A stretch of 64,000 nucleotides of DNA from Pyrodictiaceae archaeon. Its GTDB lineage: Archaea > Thermoproteota > Thermoprotei_A > Sulfolobales > Pyrodictiaceae. The position numbers and the translations under genes are program-made. The notes beneath the pieces were generated by a model. The model worked only from the letters and a program-made list of their open reading frames with translations. It had not been told where the DNA came from and ran no database searches. This document shows positions 1 to 11,065 of the stretch, piece after piece (within the stretch, counting starts at the first letter, position 1; each line of letters opens with the position of its first letter). The DNA lies in the NCBI GenBank assembly GCA_027036135.1, contig JALVSY010000007.1, positions 708,880-772,879 on the forward strand, in the 5' to 3' direction.

Positions 1-642
1 GCCCTCATGTTCCGGAGAGCGGGGGCTGAGGTACGCGTAGTAGCAAAGTGGTTCAGTGACAAGCTAGCCGAGGCGGCTAAGAAGGACAATGGGATAAGAC
101 TAATCGAGGCAGATGCGGGCAACGAGGAGGAGCTCGAGCCCCATGTAGAGTGGGCAGACATAGTAGTTATCGCTACCGATAACGAGGGGGTCAATAACCT
201 CGTCTGGAGGCTCGCTGAGAAGCACCGACGATTGGTAAACGACGCTACGAACGCTGAGCGGACACAAGTCGTGGTACCATATATGGGCGAGGCCTATAAC
301 GGTGGACTAAAGGTAGCTGTCACAAGTGAGGGCAGAACAGGGGTAGCTGCTCGTAACGCTCTGCAAAGGATATTGAAGTGCCTAGAGAGGGATGAGGAGC
401 TAAGACTCCTCTACGACGTCATGGCCCGGCTTAAACCGGTTCTCAAAAAACACGTACCCATAGCTAAGCAACGTATACCATTGTACTACGAGGTCGAGGA
501 CCTAGTTAAGCCCCTTATAACCAAGTTAGAACCCATGGATGAAATACTCGGAAGAATCGCTGATTATCTTTCAAATAGGTTTAAGGAAATGGGGTTAAGA
601 GTTGATAGGGATCAGCTTATCCAAGAGCTCCTAAGAGAGTAA
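1..642 (+). CDS. sirC: Precorrin-2 dehydrogenase/sirohydrochlorin ferrochelatase (SirC/CysG-N family), 5'-truncated by window edge
   Basis: GAEVRVVA, VVIATDNEGVN, LVNDATN and VAVTSEGRTGVAAR motifs. The frame is open to position 1 and the Rossmann GxG start lies outside the window. Confidence 0.85.
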   Translation, partial: ALMFRRAGAEVRVVAKWFSDKLAEAAKKDNGIRLIEADAGNEEELEPHVEWADIVVIATDNEGVNNLVWRLAEKHRRLVNDATNAERTQVVVPYMGEAYNGGLKVAVTSEGRTGVAARNALQRILKCLERDEELRLLYDVMARLKPVLKKHVPIAKQRIPLYYEVEDLVKPLITKLEPMDEILGRIADYLSNRFKEMGLRVDRDQLIQELLRE

Positions 643-766
643 CTAGGCAAGTAGTGTGTTGCTTTATCCTTGCATATAATTGTTTTATATTCTATGCGTG
701 GATAGAATTTTGTACTTCTTCGCTCCAACGACCTACATAGAGCTGATTATTTTTAGGCGATAGATA

Positions 767-2392
767 TTGGAAGCCGTGATTCGTGTTCCTCGTGGAGGAC
801 GTGTTGATGAGATCGCGTTAGCTAGGCTCGGCGGATTCGCTGGAATTTATCGTAGTCCCAGGCTGCATAGACCGCGCTGGCCCTATTGCTCGAGGCCTTG
901 GTGCCCGGGTAACCGGGCATACAACGGGAGATACTATGTTAAGGCAACCGAGCCTCTCAAGAAGGACGAGGAGGTAATCCTCTACCAGGTAACAGAGCTT
1001 ACGAAGCTCATGTCGTCTCTCTGGGTGCTTGCAGCCTCCGAGTCTCTCCACGGCTGGCCAGCTAGGACAGTGCCACTCTCATCGACTATGCTAGCTACTA
1101 GAATCCTTGGTCTAGAACCCTACCTAGGAGGCAGGGACTCCGGGACCGGGGTGCTGCGATTAGAGAACATTAGCGATGAAAGAGTTGTGATTGTCGGCGC
1201 TGGGCTTGGAGGCCTCATTGCCGCCGAGGAGCTTCGTAGAGCTGGGGTGAAGACCGTTATAATGGACTACTCTGGGGGCACTAGCCATATCCACTATCTC
1301 CTAGGCGACGACGAGGCTAGGCGACTCCTCGGCAAGCTCGGCAACGAGATAGTCCCTGCGCGCTACATAGGCTACTACGACGAGGGACACGCGCTCCTAT
1401 CTAGCGACGCGCTCTACGTCACCAAGGGCCCCGTGGTCTACGCTATGGGAGGAGAAGCGCCGCCACCAATCACGGTTAATAATGATCTCCCCGGAGTGGT
1501 CTCGGCTAGCTATGGGCTCGAGCTAGTAGAGATGCTTGGATACAAGCCACGCAGAGTCGTCGTGCTCGGCTATGGCTACCTGGCTCCAAGGATTGCTGAC
1601 TGGTTCGCAGAGAGAGGCATAGAGACAAGGCTTGTTGCCCTCAAGGGCTCGCTGCCCGAGAAGCCGGAACGAGCTGAGCTCGTCGAGGCTGAGCGCGTAG
1701 AGGGCCTCCTCGGAGCCGAGTGCGTAGGGGCAGTCATCGTTGACGGGGAACGGTTTGGCGCCGATATGGTTGTCTCTGCCCTAGGCGTCTACCCCGACTC
1801 GCTACCCGTCTACGCTGCCGGGTATAAGCCCGTCTATCTCAGCGCTTGTTACCGATTCGTACCAGAGATCCCGGAGCCGAGCACCTCTCTTGATAAGCAT
1901 GGAGGCCTCGTGGCAGCCGGCATTGTTGCTGGCTACGAGTGGCCAGGGGCTGTGAAGGCTAGTGCCCGGTACGCTGCAGCCCTAGTAGCGCACTCTATGG
2001 GCAAGGTATCGGAGAACGATGTGGAGCACTACTACCAGGAGCTACGAAGCGCCATTGACGAGCAGACAAGGTACTGTCCCAAGGCCATTAGGCCACCAGT
2101 GTGGCTAAGCGGCGAGATAACGGGGCTACAACTAATAGACCTTGACGAGGATCTAGCACTCTACCACATTTACTCTGCTTGGAGCAAGGGCTACAAGAGA
2201 ATGGAGATGCTAAAGAGAGTCACTGGGCTAGGAACGGGCTCCGATCAGGGAAGATTCTCGGCTACCACGGCTGCAATAATCCTTGCAGCGATAAGCGGCA
2301 CCGACCCAGGCGAGATAGGCGTCTTCCGGCCAAGGCCTCCATATTTTGTTCCAGATGCCTCACTCTTAGCAAAAGCACCAACCGAGTGGTGA
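767..2392 (+). CDS. Sarcosine oxidase alpha-like / dye-linked L-proline dehydrogenase alpha subunit
   Basis: N-terminal SPRLHRPRWPYC, FAD motif IVGAGLGG, NNDLPGVVSA, C-terminal LKRVTGLGTGSDQGR and RPRPP. Adjacent to the beta subunit. Confidence 0.75.
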   Translation: MEAVIRVPRGGRVDEIALARLGGFAGIYRSPRLHRPRWPYCSRPWCPGNRAYNGRYYVKATEPLKKDEEVILYQVTELTKLMSSLWVLAASESLHGWPARTVPLSSTMLATRILGLEPYLGGRDSGTGVLRLENISDERVVIVGAGLGGLIAAEELRRAGVKTVIMDYSGGTSHIHYLLGDDEARRLLGKLGNEIVPARYIGYYDEGHALLSSDALYVTKGPVVYAMGGEAPPPITVNNDLPGVVSASYGLELVEMLGYKPRRVVVLGYGYLAPRIADWFAERGIETRLVALKGSLPEKPERAELVEAERVEGLLGAECVGAVIVDGERFGADMVVSALGVYPDSLPVYAAGYKPVYLSACYRFVPEIPEPSTSLDKHGGLVAAGIVAGYEWPGAVKASARYAAALVAHSMGKVSENDVEHYYQELRSAIDEQTRYCPKAIRPPVWLSGEITGLQLIDLDEDLALYHIYSAWSKGYKRMEMLKRVTGLGTGSDQGRFSATTAAIILAAISGTDPGEIGVFRPRPPYFVPDASLLAKAPTEW

Positions 2393-2398
2393 CAAGAC

Positions 2399-3619
2399 TT
2401 GACGAGAAGCTCTAGCGTAATGGGCTTGCCTAGGGCACCCTTTAGCGAGAAGCTACCCGATAAGGCAGACATAGTCATTATAGGTGGTGGGGCCGCTGGC
2501 ATAGCCGCCGCGTATGCTATGGCTAGGCTCGGCTACGCTGAGAGCCACCAAGTAGTACTATTGGAGAGGGGTTACCTTGGCCGAGGCTCAGCCACGCGGA
2601 ATGCTGGACGGTTCCGTGTACACTTCTTCTCCAAGGAGAATGCAAGGTTCGCCATAGAGTCTAGGAAGAGGATACTAGAGATACCCTACGTTACCGGTGT
2701 TAACCCCGTCATAGTTCTTGGCGGCTACCTGTGGCTCTTCGAGAAAGAGGAGACCTTCAAGGCTTTCAAGAGAACCAATGAAGAGCTATGGCGGCCACTC
2801 GGAGTACCAGTAGAGATAATGAGTATAGACGAGGCGGCAAAGAGATTCCCACATATAAGAATGAATAACTTCATCGGCGCGGCCTTCGGGCCACAGGATG
2901 GAAGCGTGCACCACGACTACATGATGATCGCCATGGCTTCCTACGCTGCCCGCAAAGGGGTCACGATAGCGCCTTACCGGGAAGCCGAGGAGATAGTTAC
3001 TGAGAACCACCGGGTCAAAGGAGTAAGGGTAAAGGGCCATGGAGTGATAGAGGTGGGCAAAGTCCTTGTCGCGGCAGGGGTGTGGACGGGGCCACTCCTA
3101 GAGAGGCTCGGGGTAAGGCTCCCGCTGAAACCTGTTAGGAAGAGCCTCCTTGTCACCGAGCCTTATCGGTTCTTCCTCAAAGAGTTCGTCGTGGTCTTCG
3201 AGACCGGGAGCTATGTGGCCCAGACAGCCAAGGGCGAGATAATAGCTACTGAGAAGTATCCTGCAGGAGAACCGGAGACCATAAATTGTAAGAACGTATC
3301 ACTGCGATGGCTCATAGCCACCATGAAGCTAGTAAAGAGGCTAATAGGAGATAAGGGCATCCACGTTATGAGGACGTGGAGCGGTCACTACTACGTAAGC
3401 CCAGACCATAGCCACGTGCTTGGAAGGGATCCAGACTGGCCAGACGGGCTCTACGTCGCAACGGGCTTTAGCGGCCACGGGCTAATGATGTCGCCTTATG
3501 CTGGCGAGCTAGTAGCCATAAATATTGTTGAGGACAAGATACCGGATGATATGAAGCCCTACCTGCCAACAAGGTTCCATGAAGGGAAACTAATACACGA
3601 AGGACTCGTAATAGGATAG
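2399..3619 (+). CDS. FAD-dependent oxidoreductase, sarcosine oxidase beta / proline dehydrogenase catalytic subunit (DAO family)
   Basis: IIGGGAAG, GRGSATRNAG and ATGFSGHGLMMSP motifs. Start may be the ATG at 2420. Confidence 0.85.
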   Translation: MTRSSSVMGLPRAPFSEKLPDKADIVIIGGGAAGIAAAYAMARLGYAESHQVVLLERGYLGRGSATRNAGRFRVHFFSKENARFAIESRKRILEIPYVTGVNPVIVLGGYLWLFEKEETFKAFKRTNEELWRPLGVPVEIMSIDEAAKRFPHIRMNNFIGAAFGPQDGSVHHDYMMIAMASYAARKGVTIAPYREAEEIVTENHRVKGVRVKGHGVIEVGKVLVAAGVWTGPLLERLGVRLPLKPVRKSLLVTEPYRFFLKEFVVVFETGSYVAQTAKGEIIATEKYPAGEPETINCKNVSLRWLIATMKLVKRLIGDKGIHVMRTWSGHYYVSPDHSHVLGRDPDWPDGLYVATGFSGHGLMMSPYAGELVAINIVEDKIPDDMKPYLPTRFHEGKLIHEGLVIG

Positions 3620-3679
3620 GGCTGCATCCCCAGCATAGGTTTTTAGAGGGGCCGGTACCCGCCTCCCTTCTACAAGGAA

Positions 3680-4351
3680 GTGTCCGCTTTGAGAAAAAGA
3701 CTTGGTCTCATAGGCTCCTTGCTCGTATTAGCGATACTCTTAGCGCCCATAGCTGTAGCGGAGAAGCCCTTCTGGGCAAAGGAGGGTAACTGGGTAAAGT
3801 ATGAGACAGAGCTAACAATGGAGGGCCAGGCTCTACAACTAGTATTCGGGACAACAAGGCTCACAGTGAAGGAGATAGTTGAACTCAAAATAGTCTCCGT
3901 GAACGATACCGGGTTCCAAGCTCTCGCAAAGATACTAGAATACCACGTTGAGCCGAAGGAGTTAGAAAAGAAAATGGAGAATGCTGCTCTCAAGACAAAG
4001 ACCATCTATGTAAGGTTCAATAACAAGCCCGGCTCAGAGCCCCTCTTCTATGCCGACCCTAAGCAACTCCCACCAAACGGCGTCGTAAAGGCAGGGCTAG
4101 AAGAGTCACCAATAACAGCAATATATGACACGAAAACCGGCTGGTTATTAGAGGCACACGCGAACACAACGAAGCAAGGGGTAACCACCACACTTCACAT
4201 GGTCCTACTCGACAGCAACTTCGTCAAGAAGAACAGCAAGAACCTAGGCGGTGCGGAGAGTAAAGCGAACATGGCACTCATACTAAGCTTAGCTGGCGTC
4301 GCAGCAACAATAGCTATCATAGCTATGCTTATTACTCGAAAACACCGCTAA
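3680..4351 (+). CDS. Exported, C-terminally membrane-anchored hypothetical protein
   Basis: N-terminal signal peptide (RKRLGLIGSLLVLAILLAPIAVA), beta-rich core, C-terminal hydrophobic helix followed by RKHR. Confidence 0.7.
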   Translation: MSALRKRLGLIGSLLVLAILLAPIAVAEKPFWAKEGNWVKYETELTMEGQALQLVFGTTRLTVKEIVELKIVSVNDTGFQALAKILEYHVEPKELEKKMENAALKTKTIYVRFNNKPGSEPLFYADPKQLPPNGVVKAGLEESPITAIYDTKTGWLLEAHANTTKQGVTTTLHMVLLDSNFVKKNSKNLGGAESKANMALILSLAGVAATIAIIAMLITRKHR

Positions 4352-4701
4352 TACGGATAAAGAGAGGCATGGGGCAGCAATTCCCTGTTTCTTCTCAAGG
4401 AATAGAATAGATCTATTATCCTACCCCTCCTCCCTATGAGGTTCTTTTGTCTCTTCTTGTCGTTACCCACTACTCTATGAGATCCGGTTTAGCCTAGAGA
4501 CAAGGACTCTATGCCTCGACACGGCTAACTAAGACGTGAAAAGGATAACTGTTTTAGTACTTCTCGCCTTATTCCGTTCTCCTATTACCCTAGTAGTGGA
4601 CTACGCACAGCTAAGAATAGCTAGCTAGAATGCGATAATTAATTAAAACAATAATGTTCTCTTTGCTCTGTGTAACTAGTTCCTACCTAGGGTAGAGAGA
4701 G

Positions 4702-6123
4702 GTGCGCACCGAAGCTGTTGAGGCTCTTGCTAAGAGTGTTTGGGAGTATATTGAGGAGGAGCGGGCAAGGAGACCGAAGCTCTCAGTGCCGGCTCATGGT
4801 CTGAGGATACTCGTTGAGGCTCTTAAGCTGGCTGAGGAGTTTAAGCCTAGCCAGCACGCTAAGAGAGTAGTCTTTAGCAAACACGGTGTACTAGGTACTG
4901 GGCTTGACCGGTTACTGACCTCGGTCTTCTATGACGTGTTGAAGAAGCAGGGTTTACTCGATCGCGTTATCGTTGAGCTTACTGGCGCCGAGAGCGCATT
5001 GATTCTTGATCCTTGGCTGCGTGCTGCTCTCCGCGCGGCTATCGATATTGTTCTCTTCTATCGCCCAGACAGGGATACTCTTCGGAGGCTACGATGGAGT
5101 ATTGCCGACTACTTATCAGCTAGGACTCATCCCTTTGTGGGCATGTATTATTGGCAACTCTTCGACAAGATACTCTCCTATAGGCCTAGGCCGAGGAGCA
5201 TTGAGGAGGCACTAGAGTGGCGCTACTTCCTCCCAGCCTGGTTTATACGTAGGATGCGGGAGCTTCTTGGCCCCGAGGAGGCCGAGGAACTGTTCAAGGC
5301 CCTTAACGAGAAGCCGTTGATAAGCGTGAGGGTGAATACTCTGAAGGCTCGTGTCGAGGAGATTGTTGAGGAGCTTAGGAGGGAGGGCAAAGAGCCGATA
5401 ATTAGTGAACGGGTCCCCGTGATACTGAAGTTCGAGGGCCCCTATGACTTCGATAATAGTAGGCTCTATCGCGAGGGCAAGATAATTATCCAGGAAGAGG
5501 CTAGTGCTGTAGCATCCCTAGTCCTAGCACCGAGGCCCGGGATGACTGTTGTAGACCTAGCCGCTGCGCCTGGGGGCAAGACGAGCCACATGGCTGAGCT
5601 TATGAGGAACCGTGGCATCATCTACGCCTTTGACATAGATAGGACTAGGATCAAGAGGATGAGGATGCTTCTCCACAGAATGGGGATAACTATAGTCAAG
5701 ATATTCGAGAAGGACGCTAGGAAGGCCCCGAAGATACTCGGGGAGGAGATAGCTGATAGAGTTATGCTCGACGCACCCTGCACGAGCACGGGCACGATAG
5801 CTAAGAACCCTGAGCTAAGGTGGCGTGTCCGCGAGGAAGGCCTCGAAGAGATAATCAAGTTGCAGCGCGAGCTACTCGAAGCAGCTGCTAGGCTCCTAAA
5901 GCCTGGCGGCAGGATGCTTTACTCTACTTGTAGCTTGTTACCCGAGGAGAACGAGGAGAACGTGAAATGGTTCCTCGAGAAGCACCCAGAGTTTAGGCTC
6001 GTAGAGCTGACTGGTCCCTATGACCCGTCGCCCTGGCTCCCGGGGGCTATGAGGGCGTGGCCGCATAGACATAAGACGATTGGGTTCTTCTACGCCCTCC
6101 TGGAGAAAAAGGAGAAGCGATGA
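4702..6123 (+). CDS. RsmB/NOL1/NOP2/Sun family RNA (cytosine-C5) methyltransferase
   Basis: RVNTLK, IQEEAS, DLAAAPGGKT, LDAPCTSTG and YSTCSLLPEENE motifs. Confidence 0.93.
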   Translation: MRTEAVEALAKSVWEYIEEERARRPKLSVPAHGLRILVEALKLAEEFKPSQHAKRVVFSKHGVLGTGLDRLLTSVFYDVLKKQGLLDRVIVELTGAESALILDPWLRAALRAAIDIVLFYRPDRDTLRRLRWSIADYLSARTHPFVGMYYWQLFDKILSYRPRPRSIEEALEWRYFLPAWFIRRMRELLGPEEAEELFKALNEKPLISVRVNTLKARVEEIVEELRREGKEPIISERVPVILKFEGPYDFDNSRLYREGKIIIQEEASAVASLVLAPRPGMTVVDLAAAPGGKTSHMAELMRNRGIIYAFDIDRTRIKRMRMLLHRMGITIVKIFEKDARKAPKILGEEIADRVMLDAPCTSTGTIAKNPELRWRVREEGLEEIIKLQRELLEAAARLLKPGGRMLYSTCSLLPEENEENVKWFLEKHPEFRLVELTGPYDPSPWLPGAMRAWPHRHKTIGFFYALLEKKEKR

Positions 6124-6147
6124 TAGTAGAGTGGTGCACTGGCCGCC

Positions 6148-6816
6148 TTGGCAAAGGCTAGGCTAGTGGCACTAGTAGCTACCAGGGGGGCGCTTGACTC
6201 GGTTGCTGAGACTCTACGCTTACTAGGCCCCGAGGAGTCCTTCTTAGCGCTCGTTAGTGGTAGTAATCGATTCGTAGCCATGGGTGCCTCGGTTAGCGAT
6301 GCACGGGACATACTCCTAGGCGGTGCTAGCCGCGGCGACATCGTCGCACTGATTGCACAGGGTGCTGTGTGTAGTGATTCGCACTTCTTCCTAAAGAGCG
6401 GCGAGTATAGTTATTTACTTGTTTGTAGCTTATATCCACTCGCTAAACAAGCCATAGTTACTGGCCAACCGCCCATTCCCTCGCGTAGGATCCCCGAGGC
6501 AGTACTCTACGCCTATACTGCTCGCCTCGTAAGGGACGGAGCGAGCGCGGAGAGACTAGTCACCAAGATAGCCTATAGCGCTGAGGGGCTCGGAGCCGGG
6601 GCGCTCGTATGGGAGAAGCGGGGGAAGAGCCCCCGCGTATACCTAGCCACCAGTGGCAATACCAGGATATGTACCAGGCACCTCGGCCCCGCAGCCCTAG
6701 CCTGGCTCACGAGAGGAGACAGCGAGTGCTTCCAGAGAGCTGTGCTCCGACTAGAGCTACTACGCCGTAGCCCGAGGATAATTATCCGCGAACTCGAGAA
6801 AGTACTCTACGACTAG
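6148..6816 (+). CDS. Hypothetical protein
   Basis: 222-aa ORF co-oriented with and directly after the methyltransferase, with genome-typical codon usage. No motif recognised. Confidence 0.55.
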   Translation: MAKARLVALVATRGALDSVAETLRLLGPEESFLALVSGSNRFVAMGASVSDARDILLGGASRGDIVALIAQGAVCSDSHFFLKSGEYSYLLVCSLYPLAKQAIVTGQPPIPSRRIPEAVLYAYTARLVRDGASAERLVTKIAYSAEGLGAGALVWEKRGKSPRVYLATSGNTRICTRHLGPAALAWLTRGDSECFQRAVLRLELLRRSPRIIIRELEKVLYD

Positions 6817-6913
6817 CGCAACAACTACCCGGGGGCTAGAAGGCGGTGTTACTAGCTCCTCTTTCTCTAGAAGCAACCGCCTAGCAGATAAGACTAGTCA
6901 CGGGGTACGGGCT

Positions 6914-7228
6914 TTGAGCCAAACTGCTAGGGAACGTCTCAAAGAGGTACTCGAGGTCATAGTCTCGAAAGAACTGGTATCTCCAGGAGACGCCGTAGTT
7001 GAGACCGGACTGCCACGCTACCTGGTCCTGGCAGCGTTTCAGTGCCTAGAAGCGCTCGGCATCATAGAGCCAGCCTTCGTCAAGGGCAGCTACAAGGTCT
7101 ACACTCCAACCATCTATGCTAAGAAACTCCTCAAGGCCCTCGAGTCTGGAGAAAAGCCAATACTGGCTCTACTCTCCGAACCAGCCAGTAGTGTGAGTAC
7201 TACATTGTCTAGCGAAGCCACCACATAG
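6914..7228 (+). CDS. Small winged-HTH protein
   Basis: SPGDAVVETGLPRYLVLAAFQCLEALGIIE followed by a beta-hairpin is a wHTH pattern. Confidence 0.6.
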   Translation: MSQTARERLKEVLEVIVSKELVSPGDAVVETGLPRYLVLAAFQCLEALGIIEPAFVKGSYKVYTPTIYAKKLLKALESGEKPILALLSEPASSVSTTLSSEATT

Positions 7229-7323
7229 AGCAGTATAGGGCAGGAGTATGGGCATGATCCTCTCCATCGGTATCTTTTAGCCTAGCGCTTCACCCTATGT
7301 ATGTATATAATGCTCCCTGGTGC

Positions 7324-8788
7324 TTACCGATACTTCATTATCCTTTTCGTTGCCTCGATGGCGTAGAAGAAGCCTATTACTTCTAGACGCCCAAGCAACA
7401 TCAGTATCATGAGTATCGCTTTAGCCGAGAACGAGGCTGTAGCTGAGGTTATTCCCACGCTTAGCCCTACAGTGCCCAGGGCACTGGCTGCCTCAAAGGC
7501 CGCGTCTATGGCTTTGTACTCGGGATTGAAGGCTAGGAGGGCTATTGTACCAACCATCCATGCTAGGAAGAAGAACGATATTACGGCAAAGGCGTTTAGT
7601 AGCTCGTTTTGGGATGTCTTGTAGCCGCCTACACACCTTGTTATTATTACGCCCCCGTATACGGTCTCTTTTATGCTCCACCAGAGGTTCTTGAAGAGTA
7701 TCATGAGGCGGTACTGCTTTATACCACCGGTTGTTGAGAGCACTGAGCCGCCTACGAGCATTAGTAGGGAGAGAATTAGCTTCCAGACCGGGTGCGCCTT
7801 GGATAAGTCGCTTATGCTGAATCCGGTTCCGGTTACCGCGCTTATCGCATGAAACGCAGCTTCTCTTAACGGGTTGTAGGGGCTCCACGTTATCCCTATG
7901 TGCCAGAGTATGAGCGCGGATAGCGACACCGACACTATTATTGTTACTAGTAGCGAGTTTATTTCCCCGCTTAGTCGCCTCCGCTTACCAACCAATAGCG
8001 CATAGATATCGGCGAAGTTGGATGCACCCATAATCATGCCCGCGAGCGCTGCCAGCTCCACCTTGACTGCGTGGTAGAACGCTATACTAGCGCTATGCGT
8101 GGAGAACCCGCCAGTTGCCAGGGCCGTCATCGAGTGATAGACTGCATCGCTGAGCGTCATACCGGCCCAGTAGAGGAGTGCAGCATCTATATAATAGGAA
8201 GTAGGTGGCCATCAAGGCTCTTAGGCTTTTGGCTATGCTTGGTTCTAGTCTCTCGTATCTGCCCTCTGCTAGGCCTACGAGGTGAGCTGGGAGCCCGCCT
8301 AGCCGGGCGAACACGAAGAACATAACCACTATGCCGAAGCCTCCTAGCCACTGGCAATAAGCCCTCCACCACAAAATACTCGGAGGAAGCTGCTCCACGC
8401 TGGGTACATAGCGGTGGAAAAACGGGTCAACACCACCAGTGAACACAGAGAGACCAGTAGTAGTATAGCCACTAATACTCTCAAACCAAGAATCAACCAA
8501 GGGTATATGGAGAACAACACTAACCGGAACAGCAGAGAAAAAAGGAGTCAAAACCCAAGCAAGAGCAACAAGTATGAATGCCTCGTTTTTGCTAAGGCTT
8601 CTGGACGGCTTTACGAACATGAACCATATGCCGGAGAATGCTAGGTACGCGGTAGCCCAGACTAGTAGTTGAAGCGAGTAGGTGACGTCACCCGATAAGA
8701 GCCCTGTTAAGCCAGATAGGAGATGGGTTATTCCCGCGGCAGCAACAGAGACCATGACGTGGCGAAGCAAGGGAAAAACACGGATCAC
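7324..8788 (-). pseudogene. trkH: TrkH potassium uptake membrane protein, split by a frameshift near 8190
   Basis: FESISGYTTTGLS and QWLGGFG in the upstream frame. TALATGGFS, TGTGFS, GGSVLSTTGGIK, SALGTVGLS and GRLE in the downstream frame. The frames join at TATATA 8188-8193. GTG start at 8788. Confidence 0.85.
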
Positions 8789-9103
8789 TCTTCGTTCTCG
8801 ATGATGGATTTCTATTGGTTGATGCCGGGGCTTCTTGATTCTCAAGGTTTTGAGACACCTAGTACACGATGCCCCTTGAACAACGCTGCGGTTATCTTCA
8901 CGGGAAGCAGAGCTGCTTGCCGAGGCGTCCCTCGAATGCTCCCTCATTGCTGCAAGAAGCGCTACGCTAGGGTAAAAGTCGTTGCTCCTGCCTCATCCCG
9001 GATCACGATATGTACATTACTACAGAGAAGCTTTGTCCACGGCAACGCGGATAAAACCTGGGTACAAGCCTTTCCTTGTTTCTTCTTGGGTGCGTTAGGT
9101 TCC

Positions 9104-11065
9104 TTGCGAAAAGAGCTTGTTAAGCCCGAGAGCCTTGATGGACTAGTCCTCGTCTCTAGCCCTGCTGTACCACCTAGGTGCAGTGACCACATCTACTACG
9201 TTGCTACGAGGGTTTCTGTTCAGCAAGACCGCTATGAATCCGCTATAATGCTCTACGATACTGGTAGTGGCGAGCACCGCGTCCTCCAAGGCGGGCCTAG
9301 TGATACGTGCCCGCTTCCCTCACCCGACGGTTCACGCTACTTGTTCATTCATCGCCCCGAGCAACGTAGCCAAAGGGATAGGAAGCAGCCGGGGCTCGAG
9401 CTTAGACTAGCTAGCCCTGGCTCAACAGGTAGTGTGGTTGTGGCTAGGATTCGTGGACTCGTCTCAGCAGCGTGGAGCCCCGACTCTCGGAGAGTTGTTG
9501 CTGCTATCCCGGTTGGGGAGCCAGATGAGGATATTAAGCTTGTTACTCGCCTACCTGTCTGGTTTAACGGCAAGGGCTATGTCTATAATACCCAGGTCAA
9601 GCCCTTCATAATCGACGTTGACTCCGGCGACATGACCGAGATCGATATCGGGCTTGAATGGGTACAAGTGGGTAGTGTTGATTGGAGCCCTGATGGAAGG
9701 TACATAGTGATACTGGCCTCCTATGACGAGAAGAAGCCCTTCCTCTACCGGCTATACGTCTACGACAGTGTTAGGGAGGAATACTGGGTAGCTGCCGAGG
9801 GACTCAGCGGGTACGGGGAGCTAGCATGGAGTCCCGACTCTAAGAGGGTAGCTTATCTGGGCCACCGGCTTGAGCGGGGTTTCGCTACGCACAACCGAGT
9901 AATAGTTATTGATCCGTGGGGCGGAGAGGAGTGCCTCACGTGCAGTCTTGGGCGAAACGCTAGTAACACAGTTAATAGTGATGTCCGTGGCCCGAACTGC
10001 TCTAAGCGACTAGCATGGACGCGTAGGGGCATACTCTTCCTCATGAGTGACGGCGGCGAGGTTAAGCTCTATAGCGTCTTGCCGGGCAAGGAGCCTCGGC
10101 CCGTGATCGCTCCAAGAGGAGGAGTAGTTGACGAGTTTGCCACCGATATTAGTGGCGAGCTGGTAGCCTATACCTTTATGACCCCGACGAGCCCCAAGGA
10201 GCTATACCTTTACCTCGATAACAAGGCAATCAGGATAACGCGGCATACCGAGGCATGGGTTAACAAGCACCTTCTCTCCTCCCCGGAGAGGATAGCGTTC
10301 AGGGCAAGTGATGGAGCCCTTGTTGAGGGCTGGGTACTGAGACCACCTCGTGGCGTGGAGGAGAGGGGCTGGGTACTCTACATCCACGGCGGTCCCAAGA
10401 CCATGTGGGGCTACGGCTTCATGCACGAGTTCCATGTACTGACTTCAGCTGGGTACACAGTTCTTTATGTTAACCCGCGGGGAAGCGATGGCTACTCAGA
10501 GGAGTTTGCTGACATAAGGTGCCGTTACGGTGAGAGAGACTACGAGGACCTAATGGAGGCAGCTAAGTACGCGGTAACAGAACTAGGCCTCGCCGAGGAC
10601 CGAGCAGCTGTTATGGGCGGGAGCTACGGCGGCTTCATGACGAACTGGGTAATAGGGCACACCGGCTTCTTCAAGGCGGCGGTGACGATGAGGAATATAT
10701 CTAACTGGATAAGCATGTACGGTACCACCGACATAGGCTGGTACTTCGTCGAGGACCAGATATGCTGCACGCCCTGGAAGAACCCGGAGCGGTGCTGGGA
10801 GAAGAGCCCACTACGCTACATCGACAAGGCCAAGACACCCACGCTCATAATCCATAGTGACCAGGATTATCGGTGCTGGCTAGACCAGGCCTTGCAGCTC
10901 TACACAGCGCTAAGGCTACACGGCGTGGATACGAAGCTAGCAATATTCCCTGGCGAGAACCACGACCTATCGCGCAGCGGGAAGCCGAAGCACAGGGTAA
11001 AACGACTACAACTAGTACTAGAGTGGCTAGACAAACACATAGGTGAGAAAAAGGGGCTAGCTTAG
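9104..11065 (+). CDS. S9 family (prolyl oligopeptidase/acylaminoacyl) peptidase
   Basis: WSPD propeller repeats, IHGGP, nucleophile GGSYGG, HSDQDYRC, GENH. Start moved to the in-frame TTG at 9104 because the track start overlaps trkH. Confidence 0.92.
   Translation: MRKELVKPESLDGLVLVSSPAVPPRCSDHIYYVATRVSVQQDRYESAIMLYDTGSGEHRVLQGGPSDTCPLPSPDGSRYLFIHRPEQRSQRDRKQPGLELRLASPGSTGSVVVARIRGLVSAAWSPDSRRVVAAIPVGEPDEDIKLVTRLPVWFNGKGYVYNTQVKPFIIDVDSGDMTEIDIGLEWVQVGSVDWSPDGRYIVILASYDEKKPFLYRLYVYDSVREEYWVAAEGLSGYGELAWSPDSKRVAYLGHRLERGFATHNRVIVIDPWGGEECLTCSLGRNASNTVNSDVRGPNCSKRLAWTRRGILFLMSDGGEVKLYSVLPGKEPRPVIAPRGGVVDEFATDISGELVAYTFMTPTSPKELYLYLDNKAIRITRHTEAWVNKHLLSSPERIAFRASDGALVEGWVLRPPRGVEERGWVLYIHGGPKTMWGYGFMHEFHVLTSAGYTVLYVNPRGSDGYSEEFADIRCRYGERDYEDLMEAAKYAVTELGLAEDRAAVMGGSYGGFMTNWVIGHTGFFKAAVTMRNISNWISMYGTTDIGWYFVEDQICCTPWKNPERCWEKSPLRYIDKAKTPTLIIHSDQDYRCWLDQALQLYTALRLHGVDTKLAIFPGENHDLSRSGKPKHRVKRLQLVLEWLDKHIGEKKGLA

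Noticed and set aside
8723-9103. Long N-terminal extensions of the S9 peptidase and trkH ORFs in the track
   Set aside because: They overlap each other on opposite strands and are not protein-like. Better starts are at 9104 (+) and 8788 (-).
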